Assembly: GCA_963826115.1 (NCBI GenBank)
Contig: CAWGVS010000001.1
Span: 44,643 to 108,642, forward strand
Length of the DNA: 64,000 bases
From: an uncultured Candidatus Rokubacteria bacterium
GTDB lineage: Bacteria > Methylomirabilota > Methylomirabilia > Rokubacteriales > DASRDR01
Reading direction: 5' to 3'
Under the pieces are notes generated by a model that ran no database searches, had not been told where the DNA came from, and saw nothing but the letters and a program-made list of their open reading frames with translations. This document shows positions 18,551-28,875 of this stretch, piece by piece (within the stretch, counting starts at the first letter, position 1; each line of letters begins with the position of its first letter). The position numbers and the translations under genes were made by a program.

Positions 18551-20992
18551 CTAGGGCTTCGTCGGGTCGAGCTTGATGGTCAGCTTGGTGATCTTCCCGG
18601 TGAACTTGAACGGCGGATCGTAGCGATACTCCACCAGCGCCACGCCGGTCCGCGTGTCCAGGCCGACATCGAAGGTTTCGTCCTCCGGGAACGTGACGGG
18701 CGTGGTGTGCTCCAGGGTATTCCTGGCCACTTCCTTGCCGTCCACGTAGAGCACCCCCGTCCCTCCCTTGCCCAACCCTGGCCCTTCGGACTTGAACTCG
18801 AACACGATCGCGTGCTTGCCAGCCTTCAGCTCGGGCCCTTCCCACGTCGTGCGCTTCAGGTCCAGCAGGTTGTAGAGGAACACCGGCCGGCTCCGGCCGA
18901 TGCCCAATTCGCCCTTGCTCAGGAACAAGCCGTAGCCCCCGAAGCGTCCGCCCTCGGTCACGATCATGCCGTCGGCGCCGCCTTCGGGGATCTCGACCTC
19001 TGCGGTGATGGTGTAGGACTTGTTGAGGATGCTCGGCGCCGCGCTCTTCGGCGTACCGGCGAGCTCGCCCGAATACGTGAACGCCGTTCGTCCCCCCGTG
19101 AGGTCCGGGCGCGGCGTGTTCCACCGCGCGAGTGTCGAATTGTCGAGCGGCAGCACGTTGTACTTCTTCGCCTCGGAGTAGAAGAGGGCCTGCATCTCCT
19201 TGAGCTTCTTCGGCATCTTGGCCGCCAGGTCGTTGAACTGGGTGGGGTCGTCCTTCACGTTGTACAGCTCCCAGCTGTACCCGGTGATCACGTCCGGAGG
19301 CGTCTTGGTGCTCAGCTCCCACGGGAGCGTCGCCGGCGTCGTGGCCGCCACCCACCCGTCGTGATAGATGGCGCGATTGCCGAGCATCTCGAAGTACTGC
19401 GTCGTATGCCGGGTGGATGCGTTGGCATTCGCCTTGTCCCACGTGTACTTCATGCTCACGCCTTCGATGGGGTTCTGCTTGACGCCGTTGATCGTGTCGG
19501 GCGCCCGGATGCCGGCCGCCTCGAGGATGGTCGGCACGACGTCGATGACGTGGTGGAACTGGCGGCGGATGCCGCCCACGTCCTTGATGTGGCCCGGCCA
19601 GGACATGGCCACGCCCTGGGATGTCCCGCCGAAGTGCGACGGCACCTGCTTCACCCACTTGAACGGCGTGTCCATCGCCCACGCCCAGCCCGCCGCGAAG
19701 TGCGGGAACGTCCGCTCGGATCCCCAGAACTCGTACCAGAGGAACTGGTCCTTGACCGGCACGGCCACGCCATTGAAGGTGGTGAACTCGTTCGGCGTGC
19801 CGTTGATCATGCCCTCGGCGCTCGCGCCGTTGTCGCCCCCGATGTAGATGATCAGGGTGTTGTCGAGCTCGCCGAGATCCTCGACGGCCTGGATGACCCG
19901 GCCGATCTCATGGTCGGCGTACGCCAGGTAGGCCCCGTAGACGTCCGCTTGCTTGATGAACAGCTTCTTCTCTTCCCAGCCGAGGGAGTCCCACTCCGGC
20001 AGTCCCTTCGGCCACGGGGTCAGCTGGGCGTTCGGCGGCATGATGCCCAGCCGCTTCTGGTTGGCGAAGATGGTCTCGCGCACCTTGTTCCAGCCTTCGT
20101 CGAACAGGTGCATGTCGCTGACCTTCTTGAGCCACTCGGGCGTCGGATGATGCGGCGAGTGGGTGGCGCCCGGCACGTAATAGACCAAGAACGGCTTGTC
20201 CGGCGCGACCGCCTTGACCTGCTTCATGTACTGGATGGCCTCGTCGGCCATCGCCGTCTCCAAGTTCCAGCCGGGATTGCCCTGGAAGGGGTAGATGGCC
20301 GTCGTATTGCGGTAGAGGTTCGGCTGCCACTGGCTGGCGTCGCCGCCGACGAAGCCATAGAAGTACTCGAAGCCCATTCCGTTCGGCCATTGATTGAACG
20401 GCCCGGCCTGGCTGGACTGATAGGAGGGCGTGTTGTGGTTCTTGCCGAACCACGACGTCGCGTACCCGTTCTCCTTCAAGATGGTACCGACGGTGCCCTT
20501 GTCGATCGGGATGATCGAGTCGTATCCCGGAAAGCCGGTCGCGATCTCACCGACCACCCCGAAGCCGACCGAGTGATGATTGCGGCCCGTGATGAGCGCC
20601 GCGCGCGTCGGCGAGCACAGCGACGTCGAATGGAAGTTCGTGTAGCGCAGTCCCGCCTGTGCGATCCGATCCATGGCCGGCGTGGGAATGACGCCGCCGA
20701 AGGTGCTCGGGGCGCCGAAGCCCTGGTCGTCCGTCATGATGAGCAGCACGTTGGGAGCGCCCTTCGGCGGCACGACGCGCGGCGGCCACCAAGGTTTCGA
20801 CTCCGAAGCCTTTTGCTTGATCACCCCACCGAACTTCGGAACCGGCGCCGGCAGCTGTTTCCCGCCGGTCGTGGTGGTGGCGCTCGGCGCCCCCAGCTCA
20901 CCGGTCACTTGCTGGGCGATGCCCCATGAGGAGCCGAATGCCAAGACGACACCTGACACCGCGACGGCGACGGCGAGCTTGACGGCCTTCAT
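18551..20992 (-). CDS. Secreted arylsulfatase (Cys-type)
   Basis: PNVLLIMTDD, CSPTRAALITGR formylglycine motif, GKNH, DNG; signal peptide. Confidence 0.93.
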   Translation of the reverse strand: MKAVKLAVAVAVSGVVLAFGSSWGIAQQVTGELGAPSATTTTGGKQLPAPVPKFGGVIKQKASESKPWWPPRVVPPKGAPNVLLIMTDDQGFGAPSTFGGVIPTPAMDRIAQAGLRYTNFHSTSLCSPTRAALITGRNHHSVGFGVVGEIATGFPGYDSIIPIDKGTVGTILKENGYATSWFGKNHNTPSYQSSQAGPFNQWPNGMGFEYFYGFVGGDASQWQPNLYRNTTAIYPFQGNPGWNLETAMADEAIQYMKQVKAVAPDKPFLVYYVPGATHSPHHPTPEWLKKVSDMHLFDEGWNKVRETIFANQKRLGIMPPNAQLTPWPKGLPEWDSLGWEEKKLFIKQADVYGAYLAYADHEIGRVIQAVEDLGELDNTLIIYIGGDNGASAEGMINGTPNEFTTFNGVAVPVKDQFLWYEFWGSERTFPHFAAGWAWAMDTPFKWVKQVPSHFGGTSQGVAMSWPGHIKDVGGIRRQFHHVIDVVPTILEAAGIRAPDTINGVKQNPIEGVSMKYTWDKANANASTRHTTQYFEMLGNRAIYHDGWVAATTPATLPWELSTKTPPDVITGYSWELYNVKDDPTQFNDLAAKMPKKLKEMQALFYSEAKKYNVLPLDNSTLARWNTPRPDLTGGRTAFTYSGELAGTPKSAAPSILNKSYTITAEVEIPEGGADGMIVTEGGRFGGYGLFLSKGELGIGRSRPVFLYNLLDLKRTTWEGPELKAGKHAIVFEFKSEGPGLGKGGTGVLYVDGKEVARNTLEHTTPVTFPEDETFDVGLDTRTGVALVEYRYDPPFKFTGKITKLTIKLDPTKP

Positions 20993-21124
20993 GCGAGGTC
21001 CCCTCCCTTTCGATGAGTTCTGTCGACCGCGACATTCACAGACCGTGACCCCATGCCGTGCCGCGACTGTCCGGACCCGCATCGCGTCCCTCTCTTTCAC
21101 CGGCTCCTCACCTCGAGAGTCCGC

Positions 21125-22061
21125 TCAGAAGTAGAGGTTCAGGCCCAGAAACGGCCCGTTCATCTCGATGTCCGCGTCGAAGGTCCGGGCACCGCTGCCC
21201 TTCTCGATGTCGATGTTCATGTACCGCCAGCCGATCAGAGCCGAGGCGCTGGGGACGAAGCGCCATTCCAGGCCACCGATGAGGTTGTACGTGAAGTTCG
21301 ACTGGTTGTCGGAGATGCCAAAGCCTGCGGCGTCTCCACGGAACCAGAGCGCGACCGAGTCGCTGATATGCCAGGTGATGCGGCCGCCGACCATCGGGTC
21401 GATCAGGCTCGCGCTGTCCGAGACCTTCTGGTTCGGGAAGCCGAGCGACACGTCCACCCACATGAACCGACCCCCGGCCAGGGGCTCGAACGTGAGCGAG
21501 CCTGCCTTGCCCAGCTAAGGGCGGGAAGACGGTACGTCCCCGCGAACTCGAAGAACAGCTCCTGGAGGTTCGTGCTCTCGGAGACCCCGTTCCGCGTCTC
21601 GCTCTGCCCGACGCTCACGTAGAAGAGATCGAGGAGCCCGGTCCACTGGCGCCACGTGGCCTCCGCGTGCGCGGCGAAGGCGAAGTGGAGCTGCGGGACG
21701 AGGTCGACGACGTCGATCGTGGTCGACCGGCTGAACTGGCCGACGTCGAGATTCATCTTGGTGCGAGCCATCCAGAAATAGGGCGCGACCGTGAACTGCC
21801 AGTCCTTACCCGACCCGCCCGGCGCGGCGCCGCCGCCGGCCTGGGCCATCAGGATCGACCCAGGGCTCAGCGCGGCGACGACATGTGCGCCGGCAGGGTT
21901 GCCCTCGGCCGAGTCCAGCAGGCCGAACTGCCGGCCCTCGCCCATTGATCGTCCGCATGCACCGGCCACGGAGCCAGCACGAGGATCACGGCTATCAGTC
22001 CAAGCCATGTCCGTGTTCGTATCTCACGCACCGAGCCGGTCAGCCCGTTTCTGCGATCCAT
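21125..22061 (-). pseudogene. Outer-membrane beta-barrel protein with two frameshifts (~21940, ~21515)
   Basis: Signal peptide (MDRR...VHA) in one frame, WQFTVAPYFW core in a second, DPMVGGR...GPFLGLNLYF C-terminus in a third. Confidence 0.7.
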
Positions 22062-22348
22062 GCCTGTGTTTCCTCCAGGTTCTGTTGCGAGCGCCCGGTC
22101 GGATGCGTCCCATTGACCCATCCGCCGAGGGGGTCCATCCCTAGTCGCTCCGAAGGCCCGACGCGATCGAGGTGCCGGCCGCCCGAACGTGGAACCCTCG
22201 ATCTCCAGAGGCGCGGGGATCTCGTCCGCGGTCGAATGGGTCAGGCAGTGCGGCAAAAGTGGGACAGCGCCCACACTTTGGCCTTCGGTATTCAAGACCG
22301 TCCAACCCGGGTCGCACCTCGACTCGGCATGGTCGGCCGCGCACCGTT

Positions 22349-22951
22349 TCAGGGCTTGGGGAGGTGCGTCTTGGTCTGATTGTTGCTCTCGTCCGACTCC
22401 TTCACCTGCTGGCTGGCATCGACGGTCGCCGTGACCTCGCATCGGAACTGCTGCAGACCACACTTCGTCGACCCGATGGACGCCACGTGAGTCTCTCCCG
22501 GGCCCAGTGCGGGCACACTCAAGGTCTTCGTGGGGAAGCACGATGCCGCGTAGTCGGGCGCCGGCTGGTAGATCGGCTGCGAGTTGACGACGTTGGGAAC
22601 GCTCGGCGACATCGTCACCTTGAAGGGCGCGCACTCGATCTTCAGCGTGCTCGGACCCGCCTTCGCGCCCTTGTTGCGCACCGATACGGTGATGTTCGCG
22701 CCCGTCGGTCCATTCATCGCCTTGAGCCATTCGATGGTGAGATCGGGCAGCACCTGAATCACGGAAGGAGCGGGAGCGCTGGCTCCGGGGGACGGTTGCG
22801 GCGACACGGGAGCCGTTGGCGCGACCCGGGAGCCCCCGGCCCCCGGACCTTGCGCTCCGACGCCCGGACCTCCAGGCCAGAGAGCCACGATCAGACCGAG
22901 GATCGCGCACGGGAGCGCGGGAAACTGGCGGGCAGGGTGTCTGAGCGGCAT
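22349..22951 (-). CDS. Secreted CARDB/Ig-like domain protein
   Basis: Signal peptide, Pro linker, LPDLTI, VRNKG..AGPS, VPALGPGE, ATVD..QVKESDESNN; RBS AGGAGG. Confidence 0.8.
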   Translation of the reverse strand: MPLRHPARQFPALPCAILGLIVALWPGGPGVGAQGPGAGGSRVAPTAPVSPQPSPGASAPAPSVIQVLPDLTIEWLKAMNGPTGANITVSVRNKGAKAGPSTLKIECAPFKVTMSPSVPNVVNSQPIYQPAPDYAASCFPTKTLSVPALGPGETHVASIGSTKCGLQQFRCEVTATVDASQQVKESDESNNQTKTHLPKP

Positions 22952-23361
22952 GGCGGCACCTCCTCTGGGCGCTCGGACGTGAAGACCAGCGTCTCGTCCT
23001 GGCGCTGATGCCGTCGAGGGTAGCACGGGCGCGACATCGGTCGCCCGTTCGGTCGCCAACTCGGGCGCACCCTCGTTCGCCCGGCCGCGGTTCTCACCGA
23101 GTCCCCGTTCGACCCGGAGAGCCGCCGGCCCTGCGGCTGACGTGCCGGGTGCCGTCAGGACCGGCCCTGTCGACCGGGCCCGGCGGCGAGGCACTCAAGG
23201 CTGGATCCCCGGCGCCTTGGGGCCGCCGGGGATCGGCTGGACGCTCGTCTTGCAGAGGGCACGTGCGTTCTGCTTGATCACGAGCTCGGATGCGATGGCC
23301 GCTGCCGCCCGGGCAGAGCTGAATCACGATCGGCTGGCCCAGCACCTCGGGAGCCGCGCCG

Positions 23362-23877
23362 ATGAAGGTCCGGGCCACGAGATCGCTCGGTGGCGTCTCC
23401 CCGTCTGGCGAATTCCCGACGCTTTGGGTCTCGAACATGGGCTGCTGGCGCTGGCAAGGCACGGCGTCCCACGTGGAGAGCGGGGAACAGATCCACTCGA
23501 GCTGGACCGGTGAGGTCACCTTTGAACGTCTGGCCGCCACGGGCCCCGTGATCGCGTACCGGCAGGTCGCCGGCCGGGTCGATTGGGAATACGAGGAGCG
23601 TCGGGACGACTACCGCCATGTGGGTAGCGGGACGACGGCGTTCCTTCGAGACATCGACCTCGGCTGGTCGTTCAACCACGTGATCTCGTGCCCCGAGCAC
23701 TGCAACACCGAACTCGTCACCGCCCCGGAGGGCGTGGGAGCCTACACTCGACTCTGCCCGGACAGCTTTCCTGAGCAGGGCCTGTCCGGTTTCATGTCGG
23801 TGCACTCCACCGGCGCGGGAACCAGCACGAGGTCAGCAGTGACGGGACGACGGCCGAAGGGCGCTACGCGCCCCTGA
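23362..23877 (+). CDS. Hypothetical beta-rich protein, probably a fragment
   Basis: Plausible composition but no clear RBS or N-terminus. Confidence 0.35.
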   Translation: MKVRATRSLGGVSPSGEFPTLWVSNMGCWRWQGTASHVESGEQIHSSWTGEVTFERLAATGPVIAYRQVAGRVDWEYEERRDDYRHVGSGTTAFLRDIDLGWSFNHVISCPEHCNTELVTAPEGVGAYTRLCPDSFPEQGLSGFMSVHSTGAGTSTRSAVTGRRPKGATRP

Positions 23878-24261
23878 CCGGTGACGTCAATGAATGGCGG
23901 CTGGAGGCCCAGCGAGAGTAGGCGACCCGCGCGACAGGAACCGATCCCATCGGCAGACTTCCACGCCCGCCGGCGATCGTGCCCGGCGGACCCGCGCGGT
24001 TGGCGTCTCGCGCGCGGCCGTCTACGCTCTCGCCGTGGTGAAACGGCCGGACGACTCGCGCGACCATCCATTGGCCGCCAGCCACGGCCGTCCCCCCGTC
24101 TGCCTGTCTGCCCGCTGGGCCTGTCGGTCGGGTTCCAGGCCTCATCTCCCGACCTCCCGCCGCCCTGGCCGAACCCGCCAGCACCGCGCTATCGTTCGGG
24201 CACGCCGCCGGCGGCGGAGCCGACGCCGCGAGCCCGAGAGGGGGGGCGGGGCACGGCGCAG

Positions 24262-24294
24262 CGACGCAGAAACGTGCTTTGGATTCCTACGTTC
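24262..24294 (+). mobile_element. IS91/ISCR-like ori end truncating a secreted-protein gene (24450 to ~24291, minus strand)
   Basis: gcagaaacgtgctttggattcctac|gttc resembles the end at 45843-45872; the minus ORF (V)IRVLVTSLTLIWAIVALAQTKD has an RBS and signal peptide, then runs into this element. Confidence 0.5.
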
Positions 24295-24731
24295 TGCTGA
24301 TCGCGTGGTGGGTGCTCTCGTCCGTGTGCTCGGCAGGATCGATCGTTGTGACTCCTGCCCTTCCAGGCGCGTGAAGTCGACGTCCTTGGTTTGGGCCAGC
24401 GCGACGATGGCCCATATCAGGGTCAGCGACGTGACAAGGACACGGATCACGCGAGTGGTTACAGGGCCCCTCCTCCCGCGATTGGCCGCGATTTGGTCGC
24501 GCTTCGCGGTGGCGAGATGCCGGAGTGTAGCACCGGGCCCATGGGTGCGGGAAGGGACCCGGCCGCTGGTGGACAGCCTTGATCCACTGCGATGGTGTTA
24601 GGGTTGGCTGGAGCGGGAGGGCGAGTCCGGCTACCACACTGATCCCTCGCCGGGTTCCGACCATCATGGCCGCCACGACTCGCCACACACGAAGAGGTCC
24701 ACCAGAATCGGTGCCAGAAAGGGGAAAGCCG

Positions 24732-25157
24732 ATGAGCCGGACGATGGCGGTTGTGTTGCTGGTCCTTTTTCCGGGCACGGCAGGCATGGCACAGTCGGCG
24801 AGGACGGCATCCACAGCGGCCGCCCGGACGGAGGCCACGCAGGCAATAGCGGAGTCGTCGGCCAGACTGTCCGAGCTCGACGCCGTTCACGCCAGGATCG
24901 TGCAATCGAATGCCGACCTGTCGAAGATGTATTCCGCGCTGAGCCGGAAGATCGGCGAGGCGCAGAAGCTGATGGGTGACCCCGCCCGTGCGCAGGAGCA
25001 GCTCAAGCAGATCCAGGAGATGACTCAGGGCTTCAACGTACAGTACCTCCAGCTGCAGCAGAAGATGCAGGATGAATCGCGCCAGTTCACGCTGCTGAGC
25101 AATGTCATGAAGACAAAACACGACACGGCCAAGAACTCGATCAGCAATATCCGTTGA
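24732..25157 (+). CDS. Secreted coiled-coil protein with T3SS needle/Bsp22-like C-terminus
   Basis: MSRTMAVVLLVLFPGTAGMA signal; ends YLQLQQKMQDESRQFTLLSNVMKTKHDTAKNSISNIR. Confidence 0.7.
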   Translation: MSRTMAVVLLVLFPGTAGMAQSARTASTAAARTEATQAIAESSARLSELDAVHARIVQSNADLSKMYSALSRKIGEAQKLMGDPARAQEQLKQIQEMTQGFNVQYLQLQQKMQDESRQFTLLSNVMKTKHDTAKNSISNIR

Positions 25158-25482
25158 CCGTCCCATGGCGCCGGCATGCTCTCTTCGAAACGCCACCTGC
25201 GACCATGACGGACAGCTTCGCCGCACCATCACGCGCGGGCCGTAAAGGGCCGGGACATCTCGAACACGAGGATCGAACACGAGGACGCCGGTCCCCAGGT
25301 GACATCCGCACCGCCCGCCTGCCAGCATCCCGTGGCAGAGGACCGGAGATCTCGGACCGTGGCGCTAGGCATCGAGAGCACCTCAGTGGCTTCGTCTGGA
25401 ATTGGCCTGTCGAGGGTCCAGAAAAAACCTTGCCTGAAAAGCCCAACGGGCCACGGCGCGTGCCGTAGCCCGTTCGCTTCCG

Positions 25483-25527
25483 TGGTTGCGGGGGCTGGCT
25501 TTGAACCAGCGACCCTTGGGTCATGAG
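25483..25527 (-). repeat. 3' half of tRNA-fMet (att remnant, not a full tRNA), next to a hairpin at 25445-25474
   Basis: Reverse complement CTCATGACCCAAGGGTCGCTGGTTCAAAGCCAGCCCCCGCAACCA: CAT anticodon, T-arm, CCA. Confidence 0.8.
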
Positions 25528-25719
25528 GGAAATGCCGGCCACGACGCCAGCCTAGACAAACCGACAACCACCGAAAGCTACGACAGTTCGGCGGCCGATG
25601 ATCCACCCCATCCAACGCCCCTTCGGCCCGGTTCATCCACAGGACGTACACACGGCGAGCCGCGTCCCACCCGAGGCGCGTGTGGCCTCCGGGGCCGATG
25701 ATGCTGACCCGCGCCGCTC

Positions 25720-25821
25720 TTGACATGGCCTGCCCCGGACGCGCACCATCGGCCCACGGTGGCGGGAGCCGGCGTGGGCCACCAGCTCCCTGGGGGCCTG
25801 GCTTTATGTCGCCTTCTATGC
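25720..25821 (+). mobile_element. IS91-like ori-end module with promoter
   Basis: TTGACA(25720)-N18-CACCAT, then ccagctccctggggg..ggctttatgtcgcc. Confidence 0.55.
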
Positions 25822-26151
25822 AGCGGCCCCCCGTGTCAAGCGATAGCGGCATGTGTAGCGTCGCTCTCTTCCTCCGTCCGAGGTTCAGCGGCCCACGGCG
25901 ATTACCCACGGCTCCCGCGAGGTTCAGTCATCCTTCTATTCCCGCTCGTCAAGGGCGAGCGGGGCTCGCCGGCGCATGAGGGGAGTCGAAGAGTGGGGAC
26001 GCCATCTATGCAACGGCGCTCGAACCGCGGCCAAGCCGACATACGCGCTCACCCACCCGTGTTCGGGCTGATGATCCAGGTCACGGCATGCTCGTCGTCT
26101 CCTGAGAGTCTCGTGGTGGGCCGGGATCGTCGGCTCCATGCCTGAGAGCCC

Positions 26152-26943
26152 GTGACCTCGCGCCCGCAGCGCCCAGCCGACTTCGTCATCTTGTCGGCGA
26201 GACGCTCTGGGAGCACCAACCTGCAGGACAGCCTCAGCCGGCATCCGGAGATCAACTGCGGGGGCGAGATCTTCAACCCGGCCCACCTTCAGGTGTGGAA
26301 CCAGATCTCCAGGCTGTACGCCCACGGCCCGCTGGTTCGCTGGGGAGGGCTGTGGGCGGTGTTCGCTCTCGCGCGATACGGCAAGTGGCGGTTCCCGCGC
26401 GCCATGCTCCGTGTCGCGCGCCCCCCCCGTTGCAAGACGCTGTTCGGATTCCGTCTCTTCGGCGACCAGATCTCGTATTTCGGCATGGAGTGGTTCCTCG
26501 ACGAGCTGTACGCGGAGGGCACACGCTTCATACACCTCCTGAGGCGGGACACCTTCGATCAGGCGTTGTCTCTGGTGCGTGCGCAGGTCACGGGGACCTG
26601 GAAGCGCGGGCCTGACCGGGTGCCGCCGGCCTCGGAGCCGGAGGTGGACGTCCTGGCGCTCGCGGACCGCATCGAGGCGGCCGCCAGGCAGCTCCACGAG
26701 GACAAGCTTGTTGCGGCCCGGTCAGCCCGGCGATACCGATCGCTGCTCGTGACTTACGAGGAATACACGGCGGACGAGGCCTCGTACGACCGCATCCAGG
26801 CGTTTCTGGGCGTGCGCACCCAGGTTCGACTGCGGCACGTCAACGTGAAGACGCCGCCCGTGGACGCCGAGGCGTACCGCCGCCTACGCCACGAGCTCAC
26901 CCGGCGTGAAGCGCCGCTCTCGTTCGATCTCGAGGCGGGCTAA
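26152..26943 (+). CDS. Sulfotransferase (Stf0-like)
   Basis: RRSGSTNL PAPS loop, HPEI..GEIFN, IHLLRR, SL, VTYEE. Confidence 0.8.
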   Translation: MTSRPQRPADFVILSARRSGSTNLQDSLSRHPEINCGGEIFNPAHLQVWNQISRLYAHGPLVRWGGLWAVFALARYGKWRFPRAMLRVARPPRCKTLFGFRLFGDQISYFGMEWFLDELYAEGTRFIHLLRRDTFDQALSLVRAQVTGTWKRGPDRVPPASEPEVDVLALADRIEAAARQLHEDKLVAARSARRYRSLLVTYEEYTADEASYDRIQAFLGVRTQVRLRHVNVKTPPVDAEAYRRLRHELTRREAPLSFDLEAG

Positions 26944-27164
26944 CTAGCGGCGCGCTGGCCCTCCCTGCGCTCTGGGAGTGTGATCACTACGGCAAGTTGT
27001 GCTGCAGCACTGCGGCGACGGGTCGCGCTGACATCTGCGGCCGAGCGCGTGGGAGGCGGTCCGGATTCGAGGATTCTCGAAATTTGCCTGAACGAACATC
27101 GGATCTGGATTCTCCGCCCCGAGTCTTGTGTGGTGCCCCCGGAGGAGACGGAAGGATGGATCGG

Positions 27165-27241
27165 CGCCAGAAACACGAAGGCCTCGGAAGTCGTTCTCTT
27201 CCGAGCCCTTGGGTTGCGGGGGCTCGATTTGAACCAGCGAC
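27165..27241 (+). repeat. Hairpin plus tRNA-fMet 3'-end remnant; similar to 59033-59098
   Basis: aaacacgaaggcc.cggaagtcgtt.tct.ccg.g.ccttgg..ggttgcgggggctcgatttgaaccagcgac. Confidence 0.75.
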
Positions 27242-27279
27242 TGAGGGCGACGGTGGGTGCGACGGCGACCACATTCCGC

Positions 27280-27482
27280 GCGCTGTCGGAGAACGATCGC
27301 TCGCCGAGGCGACGGCTCCATCGCTCAGACAGCTGCCGCGCCTCACGCATGGTAAGCGCACTCGCCGCACGCTCCAAGATCTCCTTGACCTCCTGCTGCA
27401 GCGAGCGCCCGTTGAGGCGGACGCGCTCCTTCAGACGCTCGACGGTCTTCTGATCAATATCTCGAACGAGGATCGCGCCCAT
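27280..27482 (-). pseudogene. FitA/Arc-like ribbon-helix-helix antitoxin; 3' end lost, no PIN toxin follows
   Basis: MGAILVRDIDQKTVERLKERVRLNGRSLQQEVKEILERAA...RSFSDSA, then read-through into the att remnant. Confidence 0.7.
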
Positions 27483-27546
27483 CTTGTCCCCAGCCACACG
27501 CGTTCCTTGAACACCCTGGGATCACAGGTGGATCGACACGCCGGTC

Positions 27547-27610
27547 AGGGGGTAGGCGACATAATGCCCTTTTCTCAGTCGGCCTCCACTCCCTCCTGCC
27601 GGGGGGGGGA
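27547..27610 (-). mobile_element. IS91-like ori end (matches 30618-30697)
   Basis: ggagggagtggagg(c)ccgactgagaaaag(gg)cat(ta)tgtcgcctacccc in both copies. Confidence 0.6.
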
Positions 27611-27688
27611 CACGTCGTTGGCGGCCTCGCGCGTGAACGTCTCATCGAGACAAAGCTCACCGCCGGGCGAGAAAGGTGAGGGGTAGGA

Positions 27689-28285
27689 CTACGCCTTGCG
27701 TACTGGGTAGCGCAGGTGTGTAACGCCGACGCCCGGGATCACCGTCGGGTTGCCAAGGACGGCTGGCGCGCCGGCGAGGTGGTCGAAGAGTCGAACTCCG
27801 GAGCCAAGAAGAACCGCCGCGATGTCGACGTTGATTTCGTCGAGGAGGCCAGCATACAGCAATTGCTGGATGGTGTCAGCGCCGTGGGCCCCGACGGACT
27901 TCCCGCCGGCCGCGGCTTTGGCTTGGTTCACGGCGCTTTCGATGCCGTCGGTCACGAATTGCACAGTCGAGTTGGGTCGCGGCCATCCGGCGGGGATGTG
28001 GTGGGTAAGTACGAATGCCGGTCCCCAAGCGTGATTTCCGTCCCAGCCATGGGCGATGTCGAAAGTGCGTCGACCGGTGAGCGCGGCACCAAGTCCGGAC
28101 CAGAGACCGCGAAGGTGCTCGGCGCTCGCCCCGGACACCTTGAACGTCATGGGATCCGACCCTCCGGTGTGGATTTCGATGTCCCCCGAGGTGAAGTACC
28201 AGTCGAACAATTCAGCCACGCCATCGTTGAGGTCGGCGATGTAGCCGTCGAGCGACATGGACATGATTGCGACGACCTTCGACAT
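27689..28285 (-). CDS. Dihydrofolate reductase / RibD C-terminal family protein
   Basis: MSMSLDGYIA, GRRTFD, FVLTH, LLDEI...LLGSGVRLF. Confidence 0.9.
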   Translation of the reverse strand: MSKVVAIMSMSLDGYIADLNDGVAELFDWYFTSGDIEIHTGGSDPMTFKVSGASAEHLRGLWSGLGAALTGRRTFDIAHGWDGNHAWGPAFVLTHHIPAGWPRPNSTVQFVTDGIESAVNQAKAAAGGKSVGAHGADTIQQLLYAGLLDEINVDIAAVLLGSGVRLFDHLAGAPAVLGNPTVIPGVGVTHLRYPVRKA

Positions 28286-28398
28286 TGCGATGTTCCTTTC
28301 GAGGAGTGGAGGCTGCGTTCACGGGATCGCGCGCTGTCCTCCCGGATCGTCCGCCCAACGTTGGCGCTGAGCAACGGGTTAGACGCTTGCTTCAGTTC

Positions 28399-28875
28399 TC
28401 AACCCTTACGTCTCATGGGATTCTCTCGAGAAGTCTGCTGCCCGAGCTGTTGGGCGAGCCCGATGAGAATTCCTTCGGGACCCCGGATGTAGCAGAGCCG
28501 ATACATGTCTCCATATTGGACCACTTCGCCGACGAGCTTCGCGCCGCGTTTGCCGAGTCGGGCGAGCGTATCGTCGATGTCCTCCACGGTGAACATGACG
28601 CGCAGGTAGCCAAGAGCGTTCACTGGGGCGCTGCGGTGATCGGCGACCACTGGTGGCGCGAGGAAACGGGACATCTCGAGCCTGCTGTGACCGTCCGGCG
28701 TACGCATCATGGCAATCTCGACGCGCATGTCGCGCAATCCAGTGACGCGATCTGCCCAGTCTCCTTCGACTGGGGCGCGCCCCTCGAGCTCGAGACCAAG
28801 TTCGGTGAAGAACTCAATGGCGGCATCAATGTCTTCCACCACGATGCCGACGTTGTCCATACGCTTGACCGTCAT
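28399..28875 (-). CDS. VOC/glyoxalase-family protein with integron-cassette-like ends
   Basis: RMDNVGIVVED..AAIEFFTELGL, YRLCYIRGPEGILIGLA; flanked by GTTAGACGC / GCGTCTAAC. Confidence 0.9.
   Translation of the reverse strand: MTVKRMDNVGIVVEDIDAAIEFFTELGLELEGRAPVEGDWADRVTGLRDMRVEIAMMRTPDGHSRLEMSRFLAPPVVADHRSAPVNALGYLRVMFTVEDIDDTLARLGKRGAKLVGEVVQYGDMYRLCYIRGPEGILIGLAQQLGQQTSRENPMRRKG

Noticed and set aside
17693-20929. 1078-aa plus-strand ORF and other long antisense or alternate-frame ORFs (e.g. 2100-4337, 7785-10004, 60077-61894)
   Set aside because: These are shadow ORFs of real genes in high-GC DNA; Arg/Pro/Gly-rich with no motifs.
22256-22280. Imperfect palindrome aaagtgggacagcgcccacacttt as a REP element or terminator
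   Set aside because: Single copy with no U-tract; not enough support.
25483-25527. Possible tRNA-Met gene
   Set aside because: Only the anticodon-to-CCA half is present, with mismatches; no D-arm or 5' acceptor strand. The same applies to the Glu-like pieces at 31371, 35615 and 38985.
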